A DNA stretch of 64,000 nt from Candidatus Berkelbacteria bacterium. GTDB taxonomy: Bacteria > Patescibacteriota > UBA1384 > CAILIB01. Each line of letters begins with the position of its first letter. The first letter of the stretch is position 1. The translations under genes and the position numbers were made by a program. The stretch is taken from assembly GCA_043751595.1 (NCBI GenBank), contig JAYUZR010000042.1, positions 270-64,269 on the forward strand. The letters run 5' to 3'. This document shows positions 1 through 9,469 of the stretch, piece after piece. The notes beneath the pieces are model-generated. The model had not been told where the DNA came from. It ran no database searches and worked only from the letters and a program-made list of their open reading frames with translations.

Positions 1-107
1 AGCCCCTGCCTCTTCAGCTAAAGACTTGGAGCGCGCCTCCCACCGCCTACATGAGGCAAGTACCACGGCCCGAGATACGGCAAAGCTAGAGCAGCTAAGA
101 CTGTTTC

Positions 108-1007
108 TTAACCCCGCTCTTCTGGCTTAGTAAGGGTAACCACCTCCAGGTAGCGAAGAGCTCGGTACTGCAGTGTCCAGTAAATAGCCGTAAAGCTAAA
201 GATAAGTGCTTCGCTAAACCAGGAAAGAATGCTACCGATCCCAGAAGCAATAAGACTAACTCCAGTAGACTGCAAGGGATCTGTAACGATGGTCGATACA
301 AGTGAAATACCCACTACGATAAGTAGCCACTGGAGCAATGCCCAGAAGATAAGTGGCGTCTGGCTACGAAGCATGGCGGTTGCGCGCCGAAGACTGACAA
401 GTACACCAGCCTTCTCGAAGCTAATTTCTCGAACCGCCAATTCTCGTTGCACCGCCAAAACTACCAACACGACTAAAGCCACAGCCGAAAGCAGTACAAA
501 GAAAGGAAATAGTACAGGATACAGGGTAAAAAGGGCTTCAAAACTTCCTGGGATAGTCGCTGTACCGGCTACAGCAAAGATTAGTAAGCCTCCCAAAAAG
601 AGCACAACCACCAGAGTAAGAAGTGAAAAAAGCCAGCTTACTAATTGAAGCTGAGTAAGCGGTAGGGCGATAGGAGCTCCAGCCAATTTAAGGGCGGCTA
701 GAGGCATTAGTCTGGCCTGCTCTTGCTCAAATACCAGGGTAGAGCGCACCAAGGCACCAAGAGCTGCGTTAGCAATGAGCAACAAGGCTAATCCAAGGCA
801 AAGCAAACCCACTAAGCCCACAGGACTAGCTGCATACTGCTTTAGTATCTCCCTGCTGCCGGATGTAGCTGTCACCAAGCCAGGTAGTGTGGCAACCAAA
901 CCAAGCCAAAGCAATTGCGGGTGCAACTGGATATACGCACCCGAGCGTTGCGCAATAGCGGCATGATTAATTCCTATCATCTTCTTAGTTAAAAAAACAG
1001 TTAACAA
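108..1007 (-). CDS. polytopic membrane protein of unknown function; last gene of a minus-strand operon
   Basis: 299-aa ORF that is hydrophobic throughout with multiple predicted TM helices. It overlaps the upstream ZIP gene by about 20 nt. I recognise no catalytic motif. Confidence 0.5.
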   Translation of the reverse strand: MLTVFLTKKMIGINHAAIAQRSGAYIQLHPQLLWLGLVATLPGLVTATSGSREILKQYAASPVGLVGLLCLGLALLLIANAALGALVRSTLVFEQEQARLMPLAALKLAGAPIALPLTQLQLVSWLFSLLTLVVVLFLGGLLIFAVAGTATIPGSFEALFTLYPVLFPFFVLLSAVALVVLVVLAVQRELAVREISFEKAGVLVSLRRATAMLRSQTPLIFWALLQWLLIVVGISLVSTIVTDPLQSTGVSLIASGIGSILSWFSEALIFSFTAIYWTLQYRALRYLEVVTLTKPEERG

Positions 1008-1761
1008 CTACAGGCCAGAAATACATAAGGAAGGCCGAAACTCCCGCGATGCTATAGGTAAGTTTGACCCCAACCTGCTCCTTAGCCTCTGGTAGTAATT
1101 CCTTTGCTACAAGCCAGAACATGGCTCCAGCTGCAAAACCGAGGCCTGCGGGCAAGAATACCACAAAGGTGCTTACAAAAAGAAAGGCTGGAACAGCCAT
1201 GATCGGCTGTGGGAGGCTACTGAAAATACTCCAACCCGCTGCCTTCCAAACAGAGGTGCCCTTTGGCACCATTACCGCACTAATTGCCAGGCCTTCTGGG
1301 ATATTATGAATAGCCAAAGCGAGGGCGATGAGAATACCAAAGGCTTGCGTCTCGCCAAAAGCAAAGCCGATACTGACTCCTTCAGCAAAGGAGTGGACCG
1401 TCATGATGGCGATGATCATGATGATCTTGCGCAGGTTTGCCCCAGCAAGCTCGGCAGGATCGGCATCGATATTTCTTTTCTCGAGAATGTAGTGAGCCGC
1501 AAAAATAAAGAGACCCCCAACTACAAGCCCTGCCACTACCCGCATCAGGCTGATCCGGGCGCCATCAACAATAAGTTGCACCGAAGCGCCAACCATAAGG
1601 CCTGAGGCCAGTGCATTGCAGACACCAACAGCTTTGGGCGTAACCTTTTTGAGAAAGAAAAAAGGCAATGCACCAAGGCCAGTTGCCACTGCCGTGAGCA
1701 GTGCGTACCAAAAAACAAGAATAACGGAGTGAGACATACTACTGAAAAGTAGCATACTCAA
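985..1761 (-). CDS. ZIP-family divalent metal (Zn/Fe) transporter
   Basis: 258 aa with 8 TM segments. His-rich ZIP signatures HSFAEGVSIG and HNIPEGLAIS are present, and size and topology fit ZupT-like proteins. Confidence 0.8.
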   Translation of the reverse strand: MSMLLFSSMSHSVILVFWYALLTAVATGLGALPFFFLKKVTPKAVGVCNALASGLMVGASVQLIVDGARISLMRVVAGLVVGGLFIFAAHYILEKRNIDADPAELAGANLRKIIMIIAIMTVHSFAEGVSIGFAFGETQAFGILIALALAIHNIPEGLAISAVMVPKGTSVWKAAGWSIFSSLPQPIMAVPAFLFVSTFVVFLPAGLGFAAGAMFWLVAKELLPEAKEQVGVKLTYSIAGVSAFLMYFWPVVVNCFFN

Positions 1762-1782
1762 CCCGAAAAAGATACGAACAAA

Positions 1783-3228
1783 CTACTGCGCAAGACCAAT
1801 CTCTCCGCCATTCTTAGCGCTAGGATTAAGTGGAATAACCACCGAGATAAGCGTACCGCTATTAATCTGGGAGCTTACCGTTACTTTACCGCCAAGCTCT
1901 TTCTCGACGATAGTATTAACAATAGTGAGCCCCAGACCCGTACCGCCGCGGTGTTTTTTGGTTGTGTAGGAGAACCTACTGACCGCGCGCAGTACTTCTG
2001 ATGTCATACCGCAGCCATAATCTTGGACGGTAAGGTAGAGCCATTTGCCGTCTCTGCGCAGCACGACATGAATGTACCGCTCGCGAATACTACGCTTGGA
2101 GCCCTGGTAGGAATCGATGGCGTTAGTGAGTAAGTTGGAAATAACCTGAGTAAAGCGCTCCTTGGGGCCAAAGAATGCGTCTGCATCTCCTTCTAGTCGT
2201 ACTTCAACCCCCATTTCGTGGCAGCGGTATTCGAGCAGCTGAATAACCCTCTCTATTTCTTCGTAGGGACTAAACTCGCTTGAGTGGTATTCGTTTTTTA
2301 CCTGGCTGCGTAGAGAGGTGACCATACCCTCGAGACTTTTGATGGCTTCCTGCGCTTTCTCGAGGCGGATAACATCCCCACCCTCGGCGAGCTGGAGGTT
2401 AAGTGAAGCGGCATTAATGGGATTAAGAATATCGTGCATTAGTGCAGAAGTTCTCCTGCCCCACTCGAGGAGTTGAGCCATTTCTAGATCGTAGGTCATT
2501 TCGATTCTACCAAGCTGAATGGTTTGCTCCCCCACCGTCTCTACCAATTGATCGCGCTCCACCCGGAGGAGCCGCTCTGATTTTTCAAGCCTTTTTAGTG
2601 CATGCTCCAGCTGCGCAGTGGTAAGCCAGGCCGAAAAAGCGATAAGAAGAAGTTGGAAGCCCATCGAGATAGCATCACCCACCATAGGCGCCTGGGTCTG
2701 CCAAGTGAGATCGGGATGTATACTGCCCGTATTGTGCAGTGCCTGGGTTATGCCGATCATTACCACCGCGATAGTGCCGACAAGCATACTCGTTTTAGCC
2801 TTAAATAAGCTACTGGCCATTAGCATTGCGTAGCAGAATAGAACTAAGGCGCTTGGCACAAAGATACCCCAGCGCAGAATAAGACAGAGACTAATAATAA
2901 AAAGGCTGGTAACCGCCACAATTGCTGGGACGATATGATTACCTCTTAGACTAGTAATGAAGAGTGCGACAATCCCTAAACAGACAAATACGCAAATAGC
3001 GAGAATGACGAGGTGCCAAGAACCGCCACGCATTGCAAACTCGTACACGGTAAAGAGAAGAGAAAAGAGGGAAATAGCTAAAAAACCAAGCAATAAGACA
3101 TGAAGCACGAACTGTTTTCTGCGTTGATCGGCAGCGGGATGATTTGGCCAAATAAGCTTTGGAAGCGGCCAGTATATGTTTTCGCTATCTCTCGTAAACA
3201 TGGGTAACTGCTCGTGGATGAGGATCAA
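1783..3228 (-). CDS. sensor histidine kinase with an N-terminal multi-TM sensor region
   Basis: The N-terminal half is hydrophobic. The H-box is MHDILNPINAASLNL, and the HATPase_c N and G boxes are LISNLLTNAIDSY and GGTGLGLTIV. It overlaps the response regulator gene upstream. Confidence 0.85.
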   Translation of the reverse strand: MILIHEQLPMFTRDSENIYWPLPKLIWPNHPAADQRRKQFVLHVLLLGFLAISLFSLLFTVYEFAMRGGSWHLVILAICVFVCLGIVALFITSLRGNHIVPAIVAVTSLFIISLCLILRWGIFVPSALVLFCYAMLMASSLFKAKTSMLVGTIAVVMIGITQALHNTGSIHPDLTWQTQAPMVGDAISMGFQLLLIAFSAWLTTAQLEHALKRLEKSERLLRVERDQLVETVGEQTIQLGRIEMTYDLEMAQLLEWGRRTSALMHDILNPINAASLNLQLAEGGDVIRLEKAQEAIKSLEGMVTSLRSQVKNEYHSSEFSPYEEIERVIQLLEYRCHEMGVEVRLEGDADAFFGPKERFTQVISNLLTNAIDSYQGSKRSIRERYIHVVLRRDGKWLYLTVQDYGCGMTSEVLRAVSRFSYTTKKHRGGTGLGLTIVNTIVEKELGGKVTVSSQINSGTLISVVIPLNPSAKNGGEIGLAQ

Positions 3229-3910
3229 AGTAGTAGCCCGCTCCTCTTGCGCTGATAACTAGAGGGCGCCCGAGCTCTTGCTGAAAGCGATCTCGGGCGC
3301 GTTTTACGTGAACCGTTACAGTTTGCGCCTGCGAACCCTGCATGGTTGGTGGAAGTTGGGAAAGAATCTCTTGCCTGGAGACAACTCGATCTACCCGGGC
3401 CAGGTACTGTACGATGGCAAACTCTCGGGGACGGAGGGATACCCATCGACCCCCTACAGAAATAGCACTGCGAAGATCATCGAAAAGGATACCTTCGTGA
3501 TGAAGAAGGGTTGATTGTACGTTTTCTTGGCTATTCTGGTTAGTCCGGCGGACTAAGGCCTGAAGTTGAGCAAGGATAACCTCTTTGCGCAGTGGCTTAG
3601 TGAGGACGGCATCCGCCCCCTGCTGTAGCGCTGTAATTGCAATCTCTTCCGAGTGCTCTGCAGTTATCACCAAAATAGGCTGAGTAACAGTTGCAGCGCG
3701 CAGCCGCTGAATAACTACCGTGCCGGGGATGTCTGGAAGACCGAGATCGAGGATGACGGCGGAAACAGTTTTTCTTTTACAAAAGAGTAGGGCGCCGTTT
3801 CCGGTACCCACATGTGCAACTTGATACAGCCCTTTTAGGAGGTGGGTAAGCGCCTCAGCCGTTGCGGGATGATCTTCTACGATAAGAATAAGCGGTTCTT
3901 GAGCCTCCAT
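3185..3910 (-). CDS. OmpR-family response regulator
   Basis: N-terminal receiver domain (LILIVEDH, ILDLGLPD) and C-terminal winged-helix Trans_reg_C (LRPREFAIVQYL). It overlaps the HK gene in the usual cognate-pair arrangement. Confidence 0.85.
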   Translation of the reverse strand: MEAQEPLILIVEDHPATAEALTHLLKGLYQVAHVGTGNGALLFCKRKTVSAVILDLGLPDIPGTVVIQRLRAATVTQPILVITAEHSEEIAITALQQGADAVLTKPLRKEVILAQLQALVRRTNQNSQENVQSTLLHHEGILFDDLRSAISVGGRWVSLRPREFAIVQYLARVDRVVSRQEILSQLPPTMQGSQAQTVTVHVKRARDRFQQELGRPLVISARGAGYYFDPHPRAVTHVYER

Positions 3911-3968
3911 GCGCTAGATACTAGCGCAAGTTTCGTGACCTCGGGGTGACATGCTCTCCAATACCCAA

Positions 3969-4421
3969 TTATACCCCTAGCTTTTGATTCATTTCTGTAA
4001 CCCCGCCCCCTACCCAAACCTGTTTTGCTGACCCATCGGGGGCGAGCTCAACAAAGGTATGCTGATAATTAATGGCAAACTTTTTGCGCAGTTCTTTGTT
4101 TGAGTCAAAATCAACCTTTACGATAACCACATCGCTCGGCAACTTGCTCAGAGCTTCAGTTTTAAACTCGGCATCAGCCGAACGACAGGTGGGACACCAA
4201 GGTGCGGCAAAAAAGTACACTATTCTCTTGTTTTCTGGATTAGATGGAGCGTAATCCCGAAAAAGCTGGTACTGAGCACCAGTAATAACAGGCTGAACCG
4301 CAGCAGCCGTAGCCTTGGTTTGGACGGGAATGTTGGAGGCATTCATCATAAAAAAACCAAGGACAATACCAGCGACTACCACCACTCCAAACCCAGTTAC
4401 TGCGCGAATATGAGAAGCCAT
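3969..4421 (-). CDS. membrane-anchored thioredoxin-like protein (TlpA/ResA-like)
   Basis: N-terminal TM anchor, then a thioredoxin fold with the CxxC motif WCPTCR. It overlaps the upstream gene. Confidence 0.6.
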   Translation of the reverse strand: MASHIRAVTGFGVVVVAGIVLGFFMMNASNIPVQTKATAAAVQPVITGAQYQLFRDYAPSNPENKRIVYFFAAPWCPTCRSADAEFKTEALSKLPSDVVIVKVDFDSNKELRKKFAINYQHTFVELAPDGSAKQVWVGGGVTEMNQKLGV

Positions 4422-4906
4422 GATCGAATATACGATACTAGACCAAGTCTAATTGAACCAGTAGGAAGCGAAATAGTAAGGATTGGGTGATCTGGTAGAA
4501 AAGTACAGGGTAACGTTATTTCAAGGCGGCGCTCGGTTAACTGACGGGTGGAGATGCGCTCTTTTCCTCCGGAGTAATCGATGGCAACCGTATTAACCAC
4601 TACTCCATTAGGCAGAGCTAGAGTAATAGGGAGAGGCTCACAAACTGCTCCTACCCCAAATGACTGAACTCTGAGCGATGCCTGTACACGCTTATTTCGG
4701 AGAAGTAATTGGCCAATTTCTTTATTGTACTGAGTTATTACTCCCACTTCTGAAATGGTGACCAGGTTACGAGTATCAAGCTCGGGTCGCTGTTGGTAGT
4801 AGTTGAGCCATACCCCCTTGGCGATGAGCGCCAGGAGACCTGCAAGTAGAGTAGCCACCAAAAGAAGCCTAACCTTCCGATTTCTCAGGAAATGAGGGAT
4901 GCGCAT
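4397..4906 (-). CDS. membrane-anchored protein of unknown function; first gene of the operon
   Basis: 169 aa with one N-terminal TM helix (LLLVATLLAGLLALIA) and an extracytoplasmic domain. No recognisable motif. Confidence 0.4.
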   Translation of the reverse strand: MRIPHFLRNRKVRLLLVATLLAGLLALIAKGVWLNYYQQRPELDTRNLVTISEVGVITQYNKEIGQLLLRNKRVQASLRVQSFGVGAVCEPLPITLALPNGVVVNTVAIDYSGGKERISTRQLTERRLEITLPCTFLPDHPILTISLPTGSIRLGLVSYIRSWLLIFAQ

Positions 4907-4959
4907 AGCTCTATGCTACCATATTGCTCATTTGATGAGCTTCTGGTTCTAGTGGGTAT

Positions 4960-5916
4960 ATGCAATCACGCAATCAAACTCGTCACACTCCCCGCCCGGC
5001 CCAGATTGAAAAAATGGTCCGAAGGACTGCTTTTCGGTTAAAGCAGGATGATGTTTCGTGGCAAGAAGCCTTTACCCAGGCGGTAATGGCCGCCAATAGC
5101 TCGAAGCCAGCAGCAATTTGGTGCAAGCCAAAAGAAGCGGCTAGCAACCTACCAGAAAACCTACCTGCCCTGGCATGGCAACCAGATTGGGTTGAAGTGT
5201 TTAAAGATACCGACACAAGTATCGGTAAGCACACGCTACATGAGTCAGGGCACCTCTATTCACTCGATTTCTCCTCAGTTGTTTCGGCCTCCTCTCTCCT
5301 CACCATCACCGAACCAATCGAGACCATTCTTGATATGTGCGCAGCACCTGGTGGCAAAGCGCTCTTTGCCTGGAGAGCTTTTAACCCCGAGCTCCTCGTC
5401 TGCAACGAGGTAATCTACAAGCGGCACGCTATGTTGCATGCCAACCTTAATCGTACAGGTGCCTCAGAAGTAGCAGAAGTAGTGCAGCGCGATCCGGATT
5501 CACTCAGCAAGCAGTACCCAAACTTCGCCGATATTGTGTTGGTCGATGCACCTTGTAGCGGACAATCTCTACTCGCCAAGGGCGATGAAGCCGAAGGTGC
5601 TTTTTTGGACCACGTAGTTGCTGCTAATATGACCCGACAGCGCCGCATCTTAGCTAACGCCGTTAAGATTGTGCGGCCCGGTGGCTATCTTTGTTACATG
5701 ACCTGCACCTATGCTCGCGAAGAAAATGAGAAAAACGTAGAATGGCTTCTACGTCGCTTCCCCGAGTTTACCGCTCAAATTGTTCCTCATCTAGAAGAAG
5801 CAGGCATTAGGAGCTGGCTTCTTGATGAACCCTGCTACCGCCACTCTCCTCAAGATGGCCTTGGTGCCGGTGGGTTTGTTGCGCTCCTCCGCCGCTCTAC
5901 AGAACCAGTAGATTAA
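4960..5916 (+). CDS. RsmB/NOP-family SAM-dependent RNA cytosine-C5 methyltransferase
   Basis: AdoMet motif CAAPGGKA, catalytic-type DAPCSG (motif IV, PC) and TC dipeptide region MTCTYAREENE (motif VI) of m5C RNA MTases. Confidence 0.75.
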   Translation: MQSRNQTRHTPRPAQIEKMVRRTAFRLKQDDVSWQEAFTQAVMAANSSKPAAIWCKPKEAASNLPENLPALAWQPDWVEVFKDTDTSIGKHTLHESGHLYSLDFSSVVSASSLLTITEPIETILDMCAAPGGKALFAWRAFNPELLVCNEVIYKRHAMLHANLNRTGASEVAEVVQRDPDSLSKQYPNFADIVLVDAPCSGQSLLAKGDEAEGAFLDHVVAANMTRQRRILANAVKIVRPGGYLCYMTCTYAREENEKNVEWLLRRFPEFTAQIVPHLEEAGIRSWLLDEPCYRHSPQDGLGAGGFVALLRRSTEPVD

Positions 5917-5992
5917 CTACCCCTTATACCTCGACCCAAGAAATAACCGGCTACCGTGGCGAGCAGGGCAAGTGCTACAAGTAGGCGTCGAC

Positions 5993-6841
5993 TTACGACC
6001 ATTCCTCAAAGATTGATTGAGCGGTATCGGTTAGGCCGTGCGCAAGTAGTCTGCGCTTGAGCGCGATCTCGGGCCTGCGCTCACCAACAAGGACAATATT
6101 CTGCCGTTCGCCTGGTCGATTAAGTCGGGTCATAAAACACGGCGTAATGGTAAGTCCAGTTTTTTTGTAACGCTGCACCAGTGAGCGAAGATCGCCCCGC
6201 AGCTCGTTCCAGGTAGCAATATAGTTTTGCAGAAGCATTCCGCGCTGAAGCATGCGGTCCATCAGTTTATGTAGGAAGCGCTGATCATGCACGCTTTCCG
6301 GAACAACTCCCCCATCATCTCCAACTAACGTAGGCTCGAAAACATCGAATAATATCAGGCCATACCTAGGTCCTTTATCTTGTTCGATAAATGCCTCGGC
6401 CGTCATTGTATGCCAAGTAACTCGCTCGGTAGGGCAAGAGAAATAGCGCTCGGCCAGTGCCTGCAGACGGCCATCGGGCTCTACCACGGTAAAGTGCGCC
6501 TTGGGGAACATCTCGTACATCGCGGTTACTGCAACACCAGCACCACCTCCTAATAGGAGTATCTTTTCGGTAGTACTAGGAACAAGGTGCGCCAAGTGCC
6601 TCCAGTGAACCAGATAGCGATAGGCCGGCTCTCCGTCATCAATATACTGAGCAGCAGCCCGCTGACGAAGTAAGCGAAGCTCGAGCACTGCTCGGTTAGT
6701 CCAGGCATCGGTGGTACGCAGAACGGTAATTCGCTCTGCACCCTCTCCTTCTTGAAAAATAATGCGATCCATGTGCAACACCTTAGCAGGTTCCTCTTGA
6801 CGAAGCATCCCCCTTCGAGTAACCCTGCTGTATGCGCACAC
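5993..6841 (-). CDS. spermidine-synthase-like or class I MTase-fold protein
   Basis: Rossmann motif LLLGGGAGVAVTAMYEMFPKAHFTVVEPD resembles the SpeE/PABS family. The start is uncertain because internal Met codons are present. Confidence 0.5.
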   Translation of the reverse strand: MCAYSRVTRRGMLRQEEPAKVLHMDRIIFQEGEGAERITVLRTTDAWTNRAVLELRLLRQRAAAQYIDDGEPAYRYLVHWRHLAHLVPSTTEKILLLGGGAGVAVTAMYEMFPKAHFTVVEPDGRLQALAERYFSCPTERVTWHTMTAEAFIEQDKGPRYGLILFDVFEPTLVGDDGGVVPESVHDQRFLHKLMDRMLQRGMLLQNYIATWNELRGDLRSLVQRYKKTGLTITPCFMTRLNRPGERQNIVLVGERRPEIALKRRLLAHGLTDTAQSIFEEWS

Positions 6842-7134
6842 GACTTACAGCCATTTTCTTAGTACTAGTAATCCTTGGCACCATTGGTGGGGCAGTCTAT
6901 TACTTTAATATAGCCAGCACGGGTGATACCAGCTGGCCAGCTGCACCTCTTTCCAGCTCCTCTCCCATTCCCTTTGATCCCGACGCTACACCTGTTGAGC
7001 CAAGCGCCCCTACTATTAACTTGGATGCCGGCGCGATAAATAGCCCAGATGCGTACATTCCTCGCGGCCGAGATGCAGTGCCCACTCAGGCAACCACCGA
7101 GACTCCGCCGCCAACCGAAGAGCCCGCCTTTTAA
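6832..7134 (+). CDS. small Pro/Thr-rich membrane-anchored protein (hypothetical)
   Basis: 100-aa ORF with an N-terminal TM helix and a low-complexity P/T/S tail. It sits directly upstream of the Kef gene. Coding status is uncertain. Confidence 0.3.
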   Translation: MRTRLTAIFLVLVILGTIGGAVYYFNIASTGDTSWPAAPLSSSSPIPFDPDATPVEPSAPTINLDAGAINSPDAYIPRGRDAVPTQATTETPPPTEEPAF

Positions 7135-7177
7135 TAGAGAATAGACTCATGCCTCTATACCGCGGTAAACTGGAGGC

Positions 7178-8848
7178 ATGAATCTTTTCGCCGAACTTAG
7201 CCTCGTTCTAATTGTTGCCACTATTGTGGCTGCCGCGATGCAGCGAATTAAGCAGCCGCTTATTATTGGCCATATTGTTACCGGTATCTTGGTTGGCCCC
7301 TACGTTTTTAATGTTATTCAATCAGCTGAGATCTTTGAACTACTCTCCAAGCTTGGCGTTACGCTCCTCCTTTTTATTATTGGTCTCAGCCTTAACCCTA
7401 AGGTTCTTAAAGAAGTAGGAACCCCGGCCCTTGTTATCGGAATTGGCCAAATTGCGGGAACTGCCCTAGTTGGTGGCACCATCGCCTTTGCCTTTGGTCT
7501 TTCACTGATGAGCTCGCTCTTTATTGGCGTCGCCCTTTCACTTAGTAGTACCATCGTTATTCTCAAGCTGTTAAGTGATATGCGCCAACTAGGAACACTA
7601 CACGGCAAAATCACCATTGGCATCTTGGTTCTTCAAGATATTGTCGCCAGTGCAGCCTTAGTAGTGGTAGGTAGTGCACACGGTGGCCACAGCCAGGCAC
7701 AACTTGGCCTTCTGGGAAGTAAAGTATTCTTATTTGTTGGTGGTATTTGGCTGCTTGTTCGTTTTATTGTCCCAAAAATTGCACCGCTTATTGCCGCTTC
7801 CCAAGAGTTTCTCTTCCTCTTTACCCTGGGCTGGGGCTTGGGCATTGCCTCCCTTGCTAGTATGGTTGGCTTTTCTCCAGAGATTGGTGCCCTGGTTGCC
7901 GGTGTTGCCTTAGCCAGCACTCCGTACGCCCACGAGATTGCTGCCAAGATGCGTCCGCTTCGCGATTTCTTTGTGGTGGTATTCTTTATCATTCTAGGAG
8001 CACAGTTTGGTATTAATGATGTCCACACAGTTATCGTACCGGCCCTCTTCCTCTCCCTCTTTGTTCTTCTTGGAAAACCCTTTATTACTACCCTCCTCGC
8101 TGCCCTTTCTCATTATCGATCAGAAACCAGTATTAAAACTGGGTTGATGCTCGGGCAGGTAAGCGAGTTCTCCTTTATCTTGGTGCTACTCGGCGCCCAG
8201 CTTGGAATGATTCCCCAACCAATTGTGAGCCTGGTTACGCTTACCGCCATTATCACCCTTACTTTCTCTAGTTACTTTATTCTCTACAGCGATAAGCTTT
8301 ACCGCTTTTTACGGCCCTACATTACCAAGGCGGAACATAACGATCACTCTCAGCCAAAGCTTAAGCACGAGTACGATATCTTTGTTTTTGGGTATAAAAA
8401 GGCAGGCAGGCATTTTGTTGATGAACTGATTCGGCTTGAGCAGCGCTTCTTGGTAATCGATTTTGATCCTCAAATGATTAAAAACCTTGAGGACCGAGGC
8501 ATTCCCTGCCTCTTTGGCGATGCCAGCAATCCCGAGCTCCTAGGCGACCTCGATCTTGCTACCGCCCAGGTAGTGGTCTGCAATATCGCCCATTATGTGA
8601 CCAGCAATCTTCTACTGAGCATCGTGCACACGGCTAACCCCAATACCGTAGTAGTCCTTACCTGTGATGATCCCCGCGAAGCGGCCGAACTCTACCACGC
8701 AGGCGCTACATACGTTGTAATGCCACATTACCTTGGTGGTACCAAGATAAGCTCAATCATTGATAGGTATGGTTTGTCCCGCGAGGTATTTGAGCGCGAG
8801 CAGCAAAAACACCTATCGTATCTGTTTAAAATTCACGGGATTTCCTAG
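7178..8848 (+). CDS. CPA2-family monovalent cation:proton antiporter (Kef-type) with C-terminal TrkA-N/RCK domain
   Basis: About 380 aa of Na_H exchanger TM region, then a Rossmann RCK motif IFVFGYKKAGRHFVDELI and a TrkA-N-like fold. Confidence 0.85.
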   Translation: MNLFAELSLVLIVATIVAAAMQRIKQPLIIGHIVTGILVGPYVFNVIQSAEIFELLSKLGVTLLLFIIGLSLNPKVLKEVGTPALVIGIGQIAGTALVGGTIAFAFGLSLMSSLFIGVALSLSSTIVILKLLSDMRQLGTLHGKITIGILVLQDIVASAALVVVGSAHGGHSQAQLGLLGSKVFLFVGGIWLLVRFIVPKIAPLIAASQEFLFLFTLGWGLGIASLASMVGFSPEIGALVAGVALASTPYAHEIAAKMRPLRDFFVVVFFIILGAQFGINDVHTVIVPALFLSLFVLLGKPFITTLLAALSHYRSETSIKTGLMLGQVSEFSFILVLLGAQLGMIPQPIVSLVTLTAIITLTFSSYFILYSDKLYRFLRPYITKAEHNDHSQPKLKHEYDIFVFGYKKAGRHFVDELIRLEQRFLVIDFDPQMIKNLEDRGIPCLFGDASNPELLGDLDLATAQVVVCNIAHYVTSNLLLSIVHTANPNTVVVLTCDDPREAAELYHAGATYVVMPHYLGGTKISSIIDRYGLSREVFEREQQKHLSYLFKIHGIS

Positions 8849-9427
8849 CTAGTCTACCGCTAGTCCAGCCAAGCGACGATCGGGAACCACCCACAAAATA
8901 GCGGTACAACCCAAGATAACAAGTGAGGAAATTGGTGAGAAAAAAGCGCAAAGAAAAGCTAGCGTATAGAGGACCTGAGAAATGAGTCCCTTTTTATCCC
9001 GCCCAATGCGCTGAGCAATCTCACTTGTTGGGTTTGCCCGGATAATACTACGACTCAAGAGGTAGTACGCATTTCCGCTCATAAAGCCAACAACCGCATA
9101 TAAGAATACGGGCCAACGCTCGGTGTAATGATGATGCTCGCCCACCCAAGCCGTAGCAATAGGAACCAAGGAAAGCCAAAACAGTACGTGCATATTTGCC
9201 CACATAATCTTGCTACTAATCTTCTTAGTCGCCCTAAGAAGGTGGTGGTGATTATTCCAGTAGATTGCGAGCACGATAAAGCTGAAAACGTAGGCGACGA
9301 GCTTAGGGACAACCTCCCGCCAATCAGCAATATCGGCACTAGCCGGAGCTTTAATCTCCAGAATCATGATCGTGATAATGATGGCGATCACGGCGTCGCT
9401 AAAAGCCTCGAGGCGGGATGTATTCAT
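8849..9427 (-). CDS. TMEM175-family (DUF1211) potassium channel
   Basis: 192 aa with 6 TM segments. The family signature RLEAFSDAVIAIIITIMILE in TM1 corresponds to the RxxxFSD(G/A)V motif of prokaryotic TMEM175 channels. Confidence 0.7.
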   Translation of the reverse strand: MNTSRLEAFSDAVIAIIITIMILEIKAPASADIADWREVVPKLVAYVFSFIVLAIYWNNHHHLLRATKKISSKIMWANMHVLFWLSLVPIATAWVGEHHHYTERWPVFLYAVVGFMSGNAYYLLSRSIIRANPTSEIAQRIGRDKKGLISQVLYTLAFLCAFFSPISSLVILGCTAILWVVPDRRLAGLAVD

Positions 9428-9469
9428 GCCCGCACTCTAGCAAAACCAACCTTAGTAGTGAATAACTGC

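Noticed and set aside
229-648. 139-aa plus-strand ORF
   Set aside because: It is entirely antisense to the polytopic membrane gene 108..1007. Its composition (runs of T/K/S from GC skew) looks non-coding.
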